Assembly: GCA_038922795.1 (NCBI GenBank)
Contig: JBCKWI010000002.1
Span: 2,756-66,755 of the forward strand
Length of the DNA: 64,000 nt
Origin: Gammaproteobacteria bacterium
GTDB lineage: Bacteria; Pseudomonadota; Gammaproteobacteria; Eutrophobiales; Eutrophobiaceae
Direction of reading: 5' to 3'
In this document: piece after piece, positions 11,086 through 25,282 of the stretch
Position numbering within the stretch: the stretch's first letter is position 1
Layout: every line of letters begins with the position of its first letter
Notes under the pieces: generated by a model
What the model saw: only the letters and a program-made list of their open reading frames with translations
Database searches by the model: none
What the model was told of the DNA's origin: nothing
Translations under genes and position numbers: made by a program

Positions 11086-11088
11086 GTT

Positions 11089-11457
11089 CTATAAAACCTC
11101 AGGCGCCAGAGACACAATCTTCATGAATTCAGCACTTCTCAATTCACGCGTTACGGGTCCAAAAATACGCGTGCCTATAGGCTGCAACTGGTCGTTCAGC
11201 AATACCGCGGCATTGCTGTCAAAACGGATTAATGAACCATCCGCACGGCGTACACCCTTACGGGTGCGCACAACCACTGCATTGTAAACCTCACCCTTTT
11301 TTACCTTGCCGCGTGCAATCGCTTCCTTGACGCTCACCTTGATCACATCACCGACGTTGGCATAACGACGTTTGGAACCACCTAATACCTTCACACACAT
11401 CAGCCGACGCGCACCGCTGTTGTCAGCGGCCTCAAGCATAGTCTGCATCTGAATCAT
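11089..11457 (-). CDS. rplN: 50S ribosomal protein L14
   Basis: Start trimmed to [18 protein letters not shown] (122 aa). The track ORF has 22 extra upstream codons. Confidence 0.97.
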   Translation of the reverse strand: MIQMQTMLEAADNSGARRLMCVKVLGGSKRRYANVGDVIKVSVKEAIARGKVKKGEVYNAVVVRTRKGVRRADGSLIRFDSNAAVLLNDQLQPIGTRIFGPVTRELRSAEFMKIVSLAPEVL

Positions 11458-11480
11458 GCGCCGTTCTCCCTCAATCTCTC

Positions 11481-11750
11481 TTAAATTTCCTGTGCCTTGG
11501 TGACAATCTTCTGCAACCGCCATGACTTTCTTTTGGAAATGGGTCTTGACGATTCGATCACAACAAAATCACCTTCTTTACATTCGTTCATTTCATCATG
11601 GGCGAGCAATTTTGTTGAGCGCCGCATGTATTTCCCGTAGAGCGGATGTTGCACAGTCCGCTCTATCAAGACGGAAATCGTCTTATTCATCTTGATACTC
11701 ACCACATGGCCTGAGAGCGTTTTTGGCTGTTTCCCGGATTCAGTCATCAT
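11481..11750 (-). CDS. rpsQ: 30S ribosomal protein S17
   Basis: 89 aa. Its start forms an ATGA overlap with the rpmC stop. Confidence 0.96.
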   Translation of the reverse strand: MMTESGKQPKTLSGHVVSIKMNKTISVLIERTVQHPLYGKYMRRSTKLLAHDEMNECKEGDFVVIESSRPISKRKSWRLQKIVTKAQEI

Positions 11751-11944
11751 TTTTTACCCATGGATGATTCATTCATAATGGTCTTGATCCTGGCAATATT
11801 ACGCCGCACACGTTTTACTTCACTAGGTTTGCTTAACTGGCCGGAGCCTTTCTGCATGCGCAAATTAAATTGCTCACGCCGCAGTTCAAGGAGCATATTG
11901 TTAAGCTCCTCATTGTTTTTTTTCCTTAATTCTGATGCATTCAT
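11747..11944 (-). CDS. rpmC: 50S ribosomal protein L29
   Basis: 65 aa, located between rplP and rpsQ. Confidence 0.95.
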   Translation of the reverse strand: MNASELRKKNNEELNNMLLELRREQFNLRMQKGSGQLSKPSEVKRVRRNIARIKTIMNESSMGKK

Positions 11945-12357
11945 TAGAGTAATGTCCTGGTTACAAATGTTGTCTGCACCGGCAATTTGGCCGCCGCCAG
12001 TTTCAGGGCATCACGAGCCTGATCTTCAGGAATTCCTTCAATTTCATATAACATCCTGCCGGGCTGAACCTGCGCCACCCAGTATTCAACATTACCCTTT
12101 CCTCCGCCCATACGAACCTCGAGCGGTTTCTTGCTGACCGGCTTGTCCGGAAATATACGGATCCAGACCTTGCCACCACGTTTGATGCTGCGTGTGATTG
12201 CACGCCGGGCAGCCTCAATCTGACGTGCGGTTATACGTCCACGTGAGATTGCCTTGAGGCCATACTCACCAAAGCTCACCTTGGTACCAGCCTTCGCGTT
12301 ACCGCGATTGCGAAGCTTCATCTGCTTTCTGTATTTTGTTTTCTTGGGCTGTAACAC
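11944..12357 (-). CDS. rplP: 50S ribosomal protein L16
   Basis: 137 aa starting [11 protein letters not shown]. Confidence 0.98.
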   Translation of the reverse strand: MLQPKKTKYRKQMKLRNRGNAKAGTKVSFGEYGLKAISRGRITARQIEAARRAITRSIKRGGKVWIRIFPDKPVSKKPLEVRMGGGKGNVEYWVAQVQPGRMLYEIEGIPEDQARDALKLAAAKLPVQTTFVTRTLL

Positions 12358-12369
12358 AGTAGTATCCCG

Positions 12370-13053
12370 TTAGCTTGCTGTAGTATTTTCAGTTGCAGCG
12401 GTGTCATCTTCACGCTGATCACCTTTACCAAAAATCTCACCTTTAAAAATCCAGACCTTGATACCAATCACACCATAAGTAGTGTGTGATTCGGCAAATC
12501 CATAATCAATATCGGCGCGCAGGGTATGCAATGGTACGCGGCCTTCGCGATACCATTCCGAGCGGGCTATTTCCGCACCATTCAAACGTCCACTGACGTT
12601 AATCTTGATGCCCAGTGCACCGAGCCGCATGGTATTGGTCACGGCCCGTTTCATGGCGCGCCTGAACATGATGCGTCGTGCAATCTGCTGCGCAACACTC
12701 TCGGCCACCAGATAAGCATCCAGTTCCGGTTTGCGTATTTCTTCCACACTGACCTGGGCAGGAACACCCATCATGTTGGAAATATCCATCCGGAGACGTT
12801 CTATATCTTCACCTTTCTTGCCGATCACAATACCCGGCCGTGCCGTGTGTATGATGATCCTGGCATTATTGGCCGTCCGCTCTATCTGTATGCGGCTGAC
12901 CGAAGCGGTAGCAAGTTTTTTACGCAAATACTCACGCACTTTGATATCCGTGCGCAGATAATTTGCATAGTCCTTGGTATTGGCATACCAGGTTGATGTC
13001 CAGTCCTTGACTATGCCCAGACGAAATCCTGTTGGATGTACTTTTTGACCCAT
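12370..13053 (-). CDS. rpsC: 30S ribosomal protein S3
   Basis: Start trimmed to [13 protein letters not shown], which aligns with the E. coli S3 N-terminus. Confidence 0.97.
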   Translation of the reverse strand: MGQKVHPTGFRLGIVKDWTSTWYANTKDYANYLRTDIKVREYLRKKLATASVSRIQIERTANNARIIIHTARPGIVIGKKGEDIERLRMDISNMMGVPAQVSVEEIRKPELDAYLVAESVAQQIARRIMFRRAMKRAVTNTMRLGALGIKINVSGRLNGAEIARSEWYREGRVPLHTLRADIDYGFAESHTTYGVIGIKVWIFKGEIFGKGDQREDDTAATENTTAS

Positions 13054-13063
13054 TACATTCTCA

Positions 13064-13399
13064 CTATTCAGTTCCAGCAACCATTATGGTTACATGACTG
13101 GTTCTTTTTAAAACCCTGTCAGCACGGCCTCTGGCCCGTGTCTGCAGACGTTTCATGGTTGGACCTTGATCAATACATATGGACTTGACCGTGAGTTCAT
13201 CAATATCCGCGCCATCGTTATGCTCGGCATTGGCAATGGCTGATTCCAGTAATTTCTTGACTATCACTGCCGCCTTCTTGTTACTGAACGACAGTATATT
13301 CAGTGCGCGCTCCACCGGCAGACCACGTATCTGATCTGCTACCAGCCGCACTTTCTGCGGCGATATTCTGGTAAACCTGAGTTTTGCGGATGTCGTCAT
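13064..13399 (-). CDS. rplV: 50S ribosomal protein L22
   Basis: 111 aa in the canonical S10-operon position. Confidence 0.97.
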   Translation of the reverse strand: MTTSAKLRFTRISPQKVRLVADQIRGLPVERALNILSFSNKKAAVIVKKLLESAIANAEHNDGADIDELTVKSICIDQGPTMKRLQTRARGRADRVLKRTSHVTIMVAGTE

Positions 13400-13680
13400 G
13401 ATGGTTTGGCCGCCACTTTCTTGTCGGCGGTATGCCCGCGGAAGGTTCGCGTAATGGCAAACTCTCCCAATTTATGACCCACCATATTCTCGGAAATCAG
13501 AATAGGCATATGATCGCGCCCGTTATGCACACTGATGGTCAGACCCACCATATCCGGCAATATCATTGAACGACGCGACCATGTTTTAATTGGCCGTTTG
13601 TCGTTTTTCTCTTTAGCAGTTTCAACTTTCTTGATCAAATGATGATCAACGAAAGGGCCTTTTTTAATTGAACGTGGCAC
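13396..13680 (-). CDS. rpsS: 30S ribosomal protein S19
   Basis: 94 aa starting [15 protein letters not shown]. Confidence 0.98.
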   Translation of the reverse strand: MPRSIKKGPFVDHHLIKKVETAKEKNDKRPIKTWSRRSMILPDMVGLTISVHNGRDHMPILISENMVGHKLGEFAITRTFRGHTADKKVAAKPS

Positions 13681-13691
13681 TGTCTTCCCCG

Positions 13692-14516
13692 TTATTTTTT
13701 ACGTCTGTTGACTATTAAATTATTTGAACGCTTGTTCTTGCGTGTCTTGTAACCTTTGGTTGGCTGTCCCCAGGGTGAAACCGGATGACGGCCGCCAGAA
13801 GTTTTTCCTTCACCACCACCATGTGGATGATCGACCGGGTTCATGGCGACACCACGTACTGTGGGCCGTATTCCACGCCAGCGTTTCGCACCTGCCTTGC
13901 CCAGCTGTTCCAGTGAATGTTCATTGTTGCCAACTTCACCTATGGTTGCCCGGCAATCAGACAATACCTTGCGCATTTCACCTGAACGTAAACGCAAGGT
14001 GGAATATGCGCCTTCACGCGCCATAAGCTGCACGCCAGCGCCGGCGCTTCTTGCGATCTGCGCACCCTTGCCCGGCTTCATCTCCACGCAATGTACGGTT
14101 GAACCCACCGGGATATTACGTAGTGGCAGACAATTCCCTGCCTTGATCGCGGCATTGGCCCCGGACATCAATTCAGCACCCGCGGAAATGCCTTGTGGTG
14201 CAATGATGTAACGGCGTTCACCATCTGCATATAACATCAACGCGATATGCGCAGAGCGGTTTGGATCATATTCAATATGCTCAACCTTCGCCGGTATAGC
14301 ATCTTTGTCCCGTTTGAAATCAATAATACGGTAACGCTGTTTGGCACCACCACCACGATGCCTGACCGTAATATGGCCATGGTTATTGCGGCCGGAAGTC
14401 TTGGATTGCTTCTCCAGCAATGGTGCATAGGGTTGGCCCTTGTAAAGACCCGGCGTAACTACTTTAAGCTGCGCCCGGCGTCCCGCTGAAGTTGGTTTTG
14501 GTTTAACTAATGGCAT
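13692..14516 (-). CDS. rplB: 50S ribosomal protein L2
   Basis: [14 protein letters not shown]...; track start 14522 is also possible. Confidence 0.97.
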   Translation of the reverse strand: MPLVKPKPTSAGRRAQLKVVTPGLYKGQPYAPLLEKQSKTSGRNNHGHITVRHRGGGAKQRYRIIDFKRDKDAIPAKVEHIEYDPNRSAHIALMLYADGERRYIIAPQGISAGAELMSGANAAIKAGNCLPLRNIPVGSTVHCVEMKPGKGAQIARSAGAGVQLMAREGAYSTLRLRSGEMRKVLSDCRATIGEVGNNEHSLEQLGKAGAKRWRGIRPTVRGVAMNPVDHPHGGGEGKTSGGRHPVSPWGQPTKGYKTRKNKRSNNLIVNRRKK

Positions 14517-14533
14517 ATTCAATCATTCCGCTA

Positions 14534-14830
14534 TTACTGTGCGCCCAGAAAATCAATATCAAATCCGGGTTTCAATCTCACATAGGCCTTCTTCATGCCC
14601 TGACGGTTACCTTGCTGATACTTTGACAATTTGGTTTTACCCTTGATGTTGCATACCTGTACTGTAGCGACCTCAACAGCAAACATTTTCTCAACAGCAC
14701 GTTTTATCTCTTGCTTGTTGGCACTGCCTGCAACCTTGAATACAAACTGGTTATTTTTTTCAGCAACCATCGTACTTTTTTCGGAAACACGCGGCCCAAG
14801 CAATATGTTCATCAAACGTTCCTGGTTCAT
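14534..14830 (-). CDS. rplW: 50S ribosomal protein L23
   Basis: [10 protein letters not shown] aligns with the E. coli L23 N-terminus, and ATG14830 forms an ATGA overlap with the rplD stop. Track start 14839 is also possible. Confidence 0.95.
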   Translation of the reverse strand: MNQERLMNILLGPRVSEKSTMVAEKNNQFVFKVAGSANKQEIKRAVEKMFAVEVATVQVCNIKGKTKLSKYQQGNRQGMKKAYVRLKPGFDIDFLGAQ

Positions 14831-15444
14831 GCCAGCCATGCCTCCACTTTTTGAACAGCCTCTTTGGTCATCACAATATTTTCATAACCGATCAATGTGT
14901 ATGGATTGATTTCCAGGGTATCGACTATGCTGACACAGGGAACATTTCTGGACGCCAGATAGAGATTCTCTGATATCTCATCAGTGATGATTAATGCCTC
15001 TTTCAGTTTCAGTTCATTCAACTTTTCCACGAATGACTTGGTCTTGGGATTATCCAGAACAAAACCATCGATCAATATCAATCTGTTTTGTCTTGCAAGT
15101 TCAGAAAGTATGGAGCGCATTGCGCCCCGGTACATTTTCTTGTTCACCTTTTGAGAAAAATCACGCAGTTTGGCTGCAAACGTCACACCGCCACCGCGCC
15201 ATATCGGGCTGCGTATGCTTCCTGCACGTGCACGCCCCAAACCCTTCTGCTGCCAGGGTTTTCTGCCACCGCCCCTGACCTCTGCGCGTGTCTTTTGTGC
15301 CTTGGTACCTGCACGGGAGCCGGCCATATAAGCAGTGACCACCTGATGGATCAAAGCTTCATTATAATCAGCACCAAAAATGCTGTCCGAAACCTTGACC
15401 TTGCCGGCCGATTTCTTTCCAAAATTATGTAATTTCAATTCCAT
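14827..15444 (-). CDS. rplD: 50S ribosomal protein L4
   Basis: 205 aa in the canonical position. Confidence 0.97.
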   Translation of the reverse strand: MELKLHNFGKKSAGKVKVSDSIFGADYNEALIHQVVTAYMAGSRAGTKAQKTRAEVRGGGRKPWQQKGLGRARAGSIRSPIWRGGGVTFAAKLRDFSQKVNKKMYRGAMRSILSELARQNRLILIDGFVLDNPKTKSFVEKLNELKLKEALIITDEISENLYLASRNVPCVSIVDTLEINPYTLIGYENIVMTKEAVQKVEAWLA

Positions 15445-15454
15445 GACTTGTTCC

Positions 15455-16099
15455 TCACACCCGGGCCTTTACGGCAGGCTTGACCAATACCTTGCCGCCC
15501 TTGGCCCCGGGAACGGAACCCCTGATCAATATCAGGTTTCTGTCACTATCGACACGTACTACTTCAAGATTCTGTGCAGTCTGACTGGTATTACCCAAAT
15601 GGCCCGCCATTTTCTTGCCTTTAAAGACACGGCCGGGGGTCTGGTTCTGACCGATTGAGCCGGCTGATCGGTGAGAAACAGAACAACCATGAGTTGCATT
15701 ATTCATACGAAAATGATGACGTTTGATAGCGCCAGCAAAACCTTTACCAATAGTGGTACCAGCTACATCAACGATCTGGCCCGCTGTAAAAATATCCACC
15801 TTGATCTCACTGCCCGTGGCCAGATCCTTACCTTCATCTGCATCCAGACGAAACTCTGCCAGACCTTCACCTGCGGCTATTTCAGCCTTGGCGTATATCC
15901 CGATCATGGCCTTGTTTACTTTCGCCGGCTTTTTGTTGCCCCATGCAATCTGCACAGCACGATAACCGTCACGATCCGGTTCGATCAGACGCGTCACGCG
16001 GTTTGGTTCCGCCTCTATCACCGTAACAGGAATAGACTGGCCTTCTTCATTGAAGACCCGGGTCATTCCACGCTTACGGCCTATTATTCCAATCGTCAT
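15455..16099 (-). CDS. rplC: 50S ribosomal protein L3
   Basis: 214 aa starting [16 protein letters not shown]. Confidence 0.98.
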   Translation of the reverse strand: MTIGIIGRKRGMTRVFNEEGQSIPVTVIEAEPNRVTRLIEPDRDGYRAVQIAWGNKKPAKVNKAMIGIYAKAEIAAGEGLAEFRLDADEGKDLATGSEIKVDIFTAGQIVDVAGTTIGKGFAGAIKRHHFRMNNATHGCSVSHRSAGSIGQNQTPGRVFKGKKMAGHLGNTSQTAQNLEVVRVDSDRNLILIRGSVPGAKGGKVLVKPAVKARV

Positions 16100-16115
16100 T
16101 GCAGTAACCTTTTTA

Positions 16116-16430
16116 TCAATTCAATTTGATCTGCACGTCAACACCTGCGGCCAGATCCAGTTTCATTAATGCATCAACCGTCTTGTCCGTCGGGTTTACA
16201 ATATCCAGCAAGCGCTTATGGGTACGGATTTCATACTGATCACGCGCATCTTTGTTAACGTGCGGGGAAATCAGGATGGTAAAGCGCTCCTTCTTGGTCG
16301 GCAGCGGAATTGGCCCCTTGACCTGTGCACCGGTACGACGGGCAGTCTCCACGATCTCGCGGGTCGACTGGTCGATCAAGCGGTGATCAAAGGCCTTGAG
16401 GCGAATTCTTATGTTTTGTTTTTCTGCCAT
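16116..16430 (-). CDS. rpsJ: 30S ribosomal protein S10
   Basis: 104 aa. It starts 6 nt after the tufA stop, so there is no separate S10 leader. Confidence 0.98.
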   Translation of the reverse strand: MAEKQNIRIRLKAFDHRLIDQSTREIVETARRTGAQVKGPIPLPTKKERFTILISPHVNKDARDQYEIRTHKRLLDIVNPTDKTVDALMKLDLAAGVDVQIKLN

Positions 16431-16436
16431 TTAAAT

Positions 16437-17627
<1,191 letters not shown>

Positions 17628-17669
17628 GACTATTCACCTCATTTATCTTAATTAGTTAAATTTGAATGA

Positions 17670-19766
17670 TTACTTTTTGACGATACCCTCGGCAATATTC
17701 GCCGGGACTTCATTATATTTTGCAAACTCCATGGTATAGGTCGCGCGGCCCTGTGTTGCGGAACGCAAATCCGTGGCATAACCAAACATATCGGAGAGCG
17801 GTACCTCCGCGCGGATGATCTTGCCAGCAGGCGAATCTTCGGTACCCTGCAATATGCCACGGCGGCGGTTCAGATCACCGTTTACGGATCCCAGATACTC
17901 TTCCGGGGTGACAATCTCCACCTTCATAATAGGTTCCAGTAATACCGGTTTGGCCTTGGCGCAACCTTCCTTGAAACCCATGGAGCCGGCAATTTTAAAG
18001 GCCATTTCACTGGAGTCAACATCATGATAGGAGCCGTCATAGAGGGACACTTTGACGTCCACCACGGGATAACCGGCAATGATACCATTTTTAAGTTGTT
18101 CCTGGATGCCCTTATCGACTGCCGGGATATATTCTTTAGGCACAACACCACCGACAATTTCATTGACAAATTCATAACCTGCGCCTGATTCCCGTGGCTC
18201 AAGCTTAAGTACGACATGGCCATACTGGCCGCGGCCGCCGGACTGCCGGACAAATTTTCCTTCCGCCTTTTCAACGGTATTACGTATTGTTTCGCGATAA
18301 GCCACCTGCGGTTTACCCACGTTGGCCTCGACCTTGAATTCGCGCTTCATGCGATCAACGATAATTTCCAGGTGCAATTCACCCATACCCGAGATGATGG
18401 TCTGACCCGATTCTTCGTCGGTATGTACACGGAATGACGGATCTTCCTGTGCCAGCTTGCTGAGTGCCATGCCCATTTTTTCCTGATCAGCCTTGGTCTT
18501 GGGTTCTACCGCAACCGCGATCACCGGTTCCGGGAATTCCATACGTTCCAGTGTAATTACATTGTTAATATCACAAAGCGTATCACCGGTAGTCACATCC
18601 TTCAGACCAACCGCAGCAGCAATATCCCCGGCACGCACTTCCTTGATTTCTTCACGGCTGTTGGCGTGCATTTGTAATATGCGGCCGACGCGTTCTTTCC
18701 TGCTCTTGACCGGGTTGTAAACTGTATCACCGGATTTCAATACACCGGAATACACGCGGAAGAAGGTCAGCGTTCCTACAAAGGGATCAGTTGCAATCTT
18801 GAATGCCAGTGAGGCAAAGGGTTCATCATCAGATGAATGGCGTTCTGCTTCTGTTTCTTTGGCATCATCCAGTATGCCCTTGATCGGCGGGACATCCATT
18901 GGGGAGGGAAGATATTCAATTACACCGTCCAGTACTGCCTGTACACCCTTGTTCTTGAAGGCGGAGCCGCAGAAAACCGGGACAATCTCATTTTTCAGCG
19001 TACGGGCGCGTATCCCTTTCTTGATTTCGTTTTCAGTCAGTGTTTCACCACCCAGATATTTCTCGGTAAGTTCTTCGGAAGACTCGGCTGCGGTTTCTAC
19101 CAGTTTGTCGCGCCACTGGTTACACATATCCTGCATATTCTCAGGGATATCCCGCAGTTCAAATTTCATGCCTTGACTGGTGTCATCCCAATAGATGGCC
19201 TTCATCCTGACCAGATCGATAACGCCTTCGAATTTTTCCTCTGCACCTATTGGTAACTGCATGGGTACCGGTCTGGCACCGAGACGATTGTGGATTTGAT
19301 CCACCACACGCAGAAAGTTTGCACCAGGTCGATCCATCTTGTTAACAAAGGCAGCACGTGGCACACCATATTTATTGGCCTGGCGCCAGACTGTTTCAGA
19401 TTGAGGTTCAACGCCACCGACAGCACAGAACAGAATGACGGCACCATCGAGTACGCGCAAACTGCGTTCAACTTCAATGGTAAAATCAACGTGGCCAGGG
19501 GTATCAATAATATTGATACGGTGTTCCGGATATTGCTTGTCCATACCGCTCCAGAAACATGTGGTCGCAGCAGAAGTGATAGTGATACCACGTTCCTGTT
19601 CCTGCTCCATCCAGTCCATGATGGCAGCACCGTCGTGCACTTCACCTATCTTGTGTGATTTACCAGTATAAAACAGGACACGCTCAGTGGTCGTTGTTTT
19701 GCCGGCATCAATATGCGCGCTGATACCGATATTACGGTAGCGATCAATAGATGTGGTCCTGGGCAT
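17670..19766 (-). CDS. fusA: Elongation factor G
   Basis: 698 aa starting [25 protein letters not shown]. Confidence 0.98.
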   Translation of the reverse strand: MPRTTSIDRYRNIGISAHIDAGKTTTTERVLFYTGKSHKIGEVHDGAAIMDWMEQEQERGITITSAATTCFWSGMDKQYPEHRINIIDTPGHVDFTIEVERSLRVLDGAVILFCAVGGVEPQSETVWRQANKYGVPRAAFVNKMDRPGANFLRVVDQIHNRLGARPVPMQLPIGAEEKFEGVIDLVRMKAIYWDDTSQGMKFELRDIPENMQDMCNQWRDKLVETAAESSEELTEKYLGGETLTENEIKKGIRARTLKNEIVPVFCGSAFKNKGVQAVLDGVIEYLPSPMDVPPIKGILDDAKETEAERHSSDDEPFASLAFKIATDPFVGTLTFFRVYSGVLKSGDTVYNPVKSRKERVGRILQMHANSREEIKEVRAGDIAAAVGLKDVTTGDTLCDINNVITLERMEFPEPVIAVAVEPKTKADQEKMGMALSKLAQEDPSFRVHTDEESGQTIISGMGELHLEIIVDRMKREFKVEANVGKPQVAYRETIRNTVEKAEGKFVRQSGGRGQYGHVVLKLEPRESGAGYEFVNEIVGGVVPKEYIPAVDKGIQEQLKNGIIAGYPVVDVKVSLYDGSYHDVDSSEMAFKIAGSMGFKEGCAKAKPVLLEPIMKVEIVTPEEYLGSVNGDLNRRRGILQGTEDSPAGKIIRAEVPLSDMFGYATDLRSATQGRATYTMEFAKYNEVPANIAEGIVKK

Positions 19767-19805
19767 GTCTGGTTTCGCTCTAAATAAATGTATGGGTTAA
19801 TGGAA

Positions 19806-20288
<483 letters not shown>

Positions 20289-20306
20289 TTAGTATCTCTA
20301 AATAGA

Positions 20307-20681
20307 TCAGGATTTTGGCCGTTTGGTACCATACTTGGAGCGGCCTTGGCGTCTCTCGGCCACACCGGAGGTATCAAGCGTGCCACGCACAGTATGATAA
20401 CGGACACCTGGCAGGTCCTTTACGCGGCCGCCGCGTATCAGGATCACGGAATGTTCCTGCAGATTATGACCTTCACCACCAATATAAGTGGTGACTTCAT
20501 GACCATTGGTTAAACGTACACGGGCAACTTTACGTAACGCGGAATTTGGCTTTTTCGGGGTGGTGGTATAGACGCGCGTACACACACCACGCTTTTGCGG
20601 GCAGGATTCCAGTGCCGGGACGGTACTCTTGGTACGCTGCAGTTTGCGGCCTTTTCTGACGAGTTGATTAATCGTTGTCAT
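20307..20681 (-). CDS. rpsL: 30S ribosomal protein S12
   Basis: Start trimmed to [12 protein letters not shown] (124 aa). The track ORF has 24 extra upstream codons. Confidence 0.97.
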   Translation of the reverse strand: MTTINQLVRKGRKLQRTKSTVPALESCPQKRGVCTRVYTTTPKKPNSALRKVARVRLTNGHEVTTYIGGEGHNLQEHSVILIRGGRVKDLPGVRYHTVRGTLDTSGVAERRQGRSKYGTKRPKS

Positions 20682-20978
20682 CTTTAAAGTAAATGTGTCC
20701 TGAATTTCAAAATCGGTTTTGTTTAAACAATTTTCACAAGGCCATAAACACATCCCACCGTATATTCAATGGATTCAATCCAGAGACACACGGCGCCAAA
20801 GTTTTTTTTGGGTGGCCAGAGTGATGTAAAGCCCGGATAAACAGTATGAATTCATCATGATTCATCCGTTTCCACAGGCCGTAAATAGTGACAGGCTGGG
20901 GATTCACCCCGGCCTGCCAAAGAGGCGGAATTCTATGCCCTTCAATACAAGCCTGTCAAGGCAGATTGACAATAAAAT

Positions 20979-23900
20979 TCAGGAGGTTGACATACCCTCT
21001 ACAGGAGCTGATGCGGTTTCCATATCTTGCGGATTTTCCACTATGGACTGGCCGTCATTATCAGGACTGGTAATGGTTTCAGCCTGCTGCTTTTGCTTTC
21101 TGGAATTATGATAGGCCAAACCGGTACCGGCGGGGATGAGCCGCCCGACTATCACATTTTCCTTGAGTCCACGCAGGTTATCGCGCTTGCCATTGACGCT
21201 GGCCTCGGTCAGTACCCGGGTTGTTTCCTGGAAAGATGCGGCAGATATGAAAGACTCGGTTGAAAGCGAGGCCTTGGTAATACCGAGTAGCACCGGTTCC
21301 CATCGCGCGGGTTGCTTGCCTTCCGCTATAACTCGTTCGTTTTCATCCATGACCCGCGCCCGTTCAAGTTGTTCTCCCTTGAGGAACTGGGTATCACCTG
21401 GTTCAGTAATTTCAGCCTTGCGTAACATCTGGCGCACGATAACTTCAATATGCTTGTCATTAATCTTCACACCCTGGAGACGGTAAACCTCCTGGATTTC
21501 ATTAATGATGTAGTTTGTCAGGGCATGCACACCCATCAAACGCAGGATATCGTGTGGGGCCGGCGCACCATCAACAATACTCTCACCTCGGTCGACATGC
21601 TCGCCTTCAAATACCGTGATATGCCGCCATTTTGGTATGAGTTCCTCATGCCGCTCACCATCTGCATTGGTGATGACCAATCTCTGTTTACCCTTGGTAT
21701 CCTTGCCGAAGCTGACCGTGCCGGTGATCTCGGCAAGAATGGCCGTTTCTTTCGGCTTGCGCGCTTCAAACAAATCAGCCACGCGTGGCAGACCACCGGT
21801 AATATCGCGGGTCTTGAAAGATTCCTGGGCCAGACGGGCAATAACATCACCCACATTAACTTCAGCGCCATCGGTAACATTAATCACTGCCTTGGGCGGC
21901 AATAAATAATGTGCGGTCTGGTCTGTGCCCGGGATCTTGAGTTCCTTGCCTTTGGCATCCACCAGTTTCACCATCGGGCGCATGTCTTTGGCAATCGAAC
22001 CACGCATCTTCTGGTCGGCAATCACATAGTTGGTCAGGCCTGTAATCTCGTCAACCACCCGGTCAACAGTGCCTCCTTCAACGATATCGGAAAACTGTAC
22101 CGTACCGGCCACTTCGGTAATGACCGGATGTGTATGTGGATCCCATTCGGCCACAATCTTGCCCGGTTGTATTTCCTGCCCGTCTGTTGCCGTTATGACA
22201 GCGCCATACGGGATTTTGTAGCGTTCACGTTCACGGCCAACCTCATCCTGAATGGTAAGTTCACCGGAACGGGAGACAACCACCTGGTTGCCGCTTTCCT
22301 GCTGCAGCAATTTCACATTGTGCAATCTCAGGATACCGCCTTTTTTCACTTCGATGTTGCTGATTGCCACAGCACGTGACGCTGCACCACCAATGTGGAA
22401 GGTACGCATGGTCAACTGTGTCCCTGGCTCACCAATGGACTGGGCTGCGACTACACCTACCGCCTCACCAATGCTGACCAGATGACCACGTCCCAGATCA
22501 CGGCCATAACATTTGGCGCAGATCCCGTAACGGGTTTTACAGGTAATCGCGGAACGTACCAACGCCTGATCGATACCGGTTTGATCCAATATCTTCACCG
22601 AGTCTTCATCCAGCAAGGTACCGGCAGGTATGACAACATCTTCTGTGCCCGGTCGTAACACATCAACTGCAAGCACCCGGCCCAGCACACGATCAGCGAG
22701 AGGCTCTACCACATCACCACCTTCAATCAGCGATGCCACACTGAAACCATCTGTTGTGCCACAATCGACCTCGATAACAACCAGATCCTGGGCGACGTCT
22801 ACAAGGCGCCGGGTCAGATATCCGGAGTTGGCGGTTTTCAATGCCGTATCCGCCAGACCTTTACGCGCACCGTGGGTAGAAATAAAGTACTGCAACACAT
22901 TCAACCCTTCACGGAAATTGGCCGTGATCGGGGTTTCAATAATAGAACCATCTGGTTTGGCCATCAAACCACGCATACCGGCCAGCTGCCGGATCTGGGC
23001 GGCGGAACCGCGGGCGCCGGAATCCGCCATCATGAAGATGGAATTGAAGGAGGCCTGTTTTACTTCCTTACCTTCACTGTTTTTGATGATGTCGGTACCC
23101 AGTTTGTCCATCATCGCCTTGGCCACCTGATCGTTGGTGTGTGACCAGATATCAACCACCTTGTTATAACGTTCACCATTGGTAATAAGGCCTGACGAAT
23201 ACTGGTCTTCAAAATTCTTGACCTGCATTTCTGCCTTTTGAATGATGTTGCCTTTTTCTTCTGGCACCACCATATCTTCGATACCGATTGAAATACCGGC
23301 GCGGGTGGAATAGGCAAACCCGGTATACATCAGCTTGTCGGCAAAAACGACGGTGGTCTTGAGGCCGAGTGTACGATACGTCGTATTGATCAGGGCGGAA
23401 ATTGCCTTCTTGTTCATGTCCCGGTTAACCAGGGAAAACGGCAGACCCGCCGGCAAAATATTGGACAACAATGCACGCCCGGCGGTGGTGTCATAACGCT
23501 TCATGTTCACCTGGCGTTCGCCATGCTCATCCAATGTCTCCTCCTTGATACGCACTTTAATCCGGGCATGCAGATCCAGCACACCAGCTTCATAGGCGCG
23601 ATGCACCTCATCGGTGTCCGCCATTAACATGCCGGTACCCTTCGCACCGGCAGATTCACGGGTCAGATAATAAAGTCCCAGTACGATGTCCTGGGTCGGT
23701 ATAATGATGGGTTCCCCGTTTGCAGGTGACAGCACGTTGTTGGTTGCCATCATCAATGTGCGTGCCTCAATCTGTGCTTCGATAGAGAGCGGCACATGCA
23801 CTGCCATCTGGTCACCGTCAAAGTCAGCATTAAATGCAGTACAGACCAGTGGATGTAATTGAATCGCCTTGCCTTCGATCAGGATCGGCTCAAACGCCTG

Positions 23901-25202
23901 GATACCCAGACGATGCAGGGTCGGCGCGCGGTTCAACAGGACTGGATGTTCGCGGATCACTTCTTCCAGCACATCCCAGACCTCCGGTCCTTCACGTTCA
24001 ACGAGTTTCTTCGCCGCCTTGATGGTGGTGGAAAGACCGCGGCGTTCCAGTTTGCTGAAAATAAACGGCTTGAACAATTCCAGCGCCATCTTCTTCGGGA
24101 TGCCGCATTGATGCAGCTTCAGGGTTGGACCGACCACAATGACTGAACGGCCGGAATAGTCGACACGTTTACCCAGCAGGTTCTGGCGAAACCGGCCCTG
24201 TTTGCCCTTGATCATGTCAGCCAGGGATTTCAGCGGCAGTTTGTTGGTGCCTGTGATAGCGCGTCCGCGACGACCGTTGTCCAGTAACGCATCAACAGCC
24301 TCCTGCAACATGCGTTTCTCATTGCGTACGATAATGTCCGGCGCATTGAGATCCAGCAGACGTTTCAGACGGTTATTACGGTTAATCACGCGGCGATATA
24401 AATCATTGAGGTCCGATGTGGCAAAACGGCCGCCATCCAGAGGCACCAGTGGCCGCAACTCCGGTGGCAGTACCGGCAATACTTTCATGACCATCCACTC
24501 CGGTTTGTTGCCTGATGCAAAAAAGGCCTCCAGCAGTTTCAGACGTTTGGATATTTTCTTGAGCTTGGTTTCGGACTTGGTCTGCGGGATCTCCTCGCGC
24601 AGCAAGGTTACTTCACTGGCGATATCAATCGTTGCGAGTAATTCGTGGATCGCCTCGGCCCCCATGCGCGCATCGAATTCATCACCGTATTGCTCAATCG
24701 CTTCCAGATAACTTTCTTCTGTAAGCAACTTGCCACGTTCAAGTTCAGTCATGCCCGGATCAATAACCACGTAAGCTTCAAAGTACAGTACCCGTTCAAT
24801 CTCACGCAGGGTCATATCGAGCATCAGGCCCATGCGGGACGGCAATGATTTCAGATACCAGATATGCGCCACCGGGCTGGCCAGTTCAATATGTCCCATG
24901 CGTTCACGCCTGACCTTGGACAGGGTCACTTCCACACCGCATTTTTCACAAACCACGCCGCGATGCTTGAGGCGTTTGTACTTGCCACACAGACATTCAT
25001 AATCCTTGACCGGGCCAAAAATCTTGGCGCAAAACAATCCATCACGCTCCGGTTTGAAGGTACGGTAATTTATAGTCTCCGGTTTTTTGACCTCACCATA
25101 AGACCAGGAGCGGATCTTTTCGGGTGAAGCCAGGCCGATGGAAATAGCGTCGAATTCCTCGACCTGTCCCTGTTGTTTAAGCAGTTTAAGCAAGTCTTTC
25201 AA
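20979..25202 (-). CDS. rpoC: DNA-directed RNA polymerase subunit beta'
   Basis: Colinear with E. coli RpoC. Probable TTG start at 25202 gives (M)[10 protein letters not shown], with GGAGG 6 nt upstream. Track start is 25217. Confidence 0.97.
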   Translation of the reverse strand: MKDLLKLLKQQGQVEEFDAISIGLASPEKIRSWSYGEVKKPETINYRTFKPERDGLFCAKIFGPVKDYECLCGKYKRLKHRGVVCEKCGVEVTLSKVRRERMGHIELASPVAHIWYLKSLPSRMGLMLDMTLREIERVLYFEAYVVIDPGMTELERGKLLTEESYLEAIEQYGDEFDARMGAEAIHELLATIDIASEVTLLREEIPQTKSETKLKKISKRLKLLEAFFASGNKPEWMVMKVLPVLPPELRPLVPLDGGRFATSDLNDLYRRVINRNNRLKRLLDLNAPDIIVRNEKRMLQEAVDALLDNGRRGRAITGTNKLPLKSLADMIKGKQGRFRQNLLGKRVDYSGRSVIVVGPTLKLHQCGIPKKMALELFKPFIFSKLERRGLSTTIKAAKKLVEREGPEVWDVLEEVIREHPVLLNRAPTLHRLGIQAFEPILIEGKAIQLHPLVCTAFNADFDGDQMAVHVPLSIEAQIEARTLMMATNNVLSPANGEPIIIPTQDIVLGLYYLTRESAGAKGTGMLMADTDEVHRAYEAGVLDLHARIKVRIKEETLDEHGERQVNMKRYDTTAGRALLSNILPAGLPFSLVNRDMNKKAISALINTTYRTLGLKTTVVFADKLMYTGFAYSTRAGISIGIEDMVVPEEKGNIIQKAEMQVKNFEDQYSSGLITNGERYNKVVDIWSHTNDQVAKAMMDKLGTDIIKNSEGKEVKQASFNSIFMMADSGARGSAAQIRQLAGMRGLMAKPDGSIIETPITANFREGLNVLQYFISTHGARKGLADTALKTANSGYLTRRLVDVAQDLVVIEVDCGTTDGFSVASLIEGGDVVEPLADRVLGRVLAVDVLRPGTEDVVIPAGTLLDEDSVKILDQTGIDQALVRSAITCKTRYGICAKCYGRDLGRGHLVSIGEAVGVVAAQSIGEPGTQLTMRTFHIGGAASRAVAISNIEVKKGGILRLHNVKLLQQESGNQVVVSRSGELTIQDEVGRERERYKIPYGAVITATDGQEIQPGKIVAEWDPHTHPVITEVAGTVQFSDIVEGGTVDRVVDEITGLTNYVIADQKMRGSIAKDMRPMVKLVDAKGKELKIPGTDQTAHYLLPPKAVINVTDGAEVNVGDVIARLAQESFKTRDITGGLPRVADLFEARKPKETAILAEITGTVSFGKDTKGKQRLVITNADGERHEELIPKWRHITVFEGEHVDRGESIVDGAPAPHDILRLMGVHALTNYIINEIQEVYRLQGVKINDKHIEVIVRQMLRKAEITEPGDTQFLKGEQLERARVMDENERVIAEGKQPARWEPVLLGITKASLSTESFISAASFQETTRVLTEASVNGKRDNLRGLKENVIVGRLIPAGTGLAYHNSRKQKQQAETITSPDNDGQSIVENPQDMETASAPVEGMSTS

Positions 25203-25282
25203 GATGTGCCTCCACAAGACATAGTAGCTACGCCTGTTTGTGATAAATTGATTCTGTTTGCAATCGTGATCATGATGTCCGG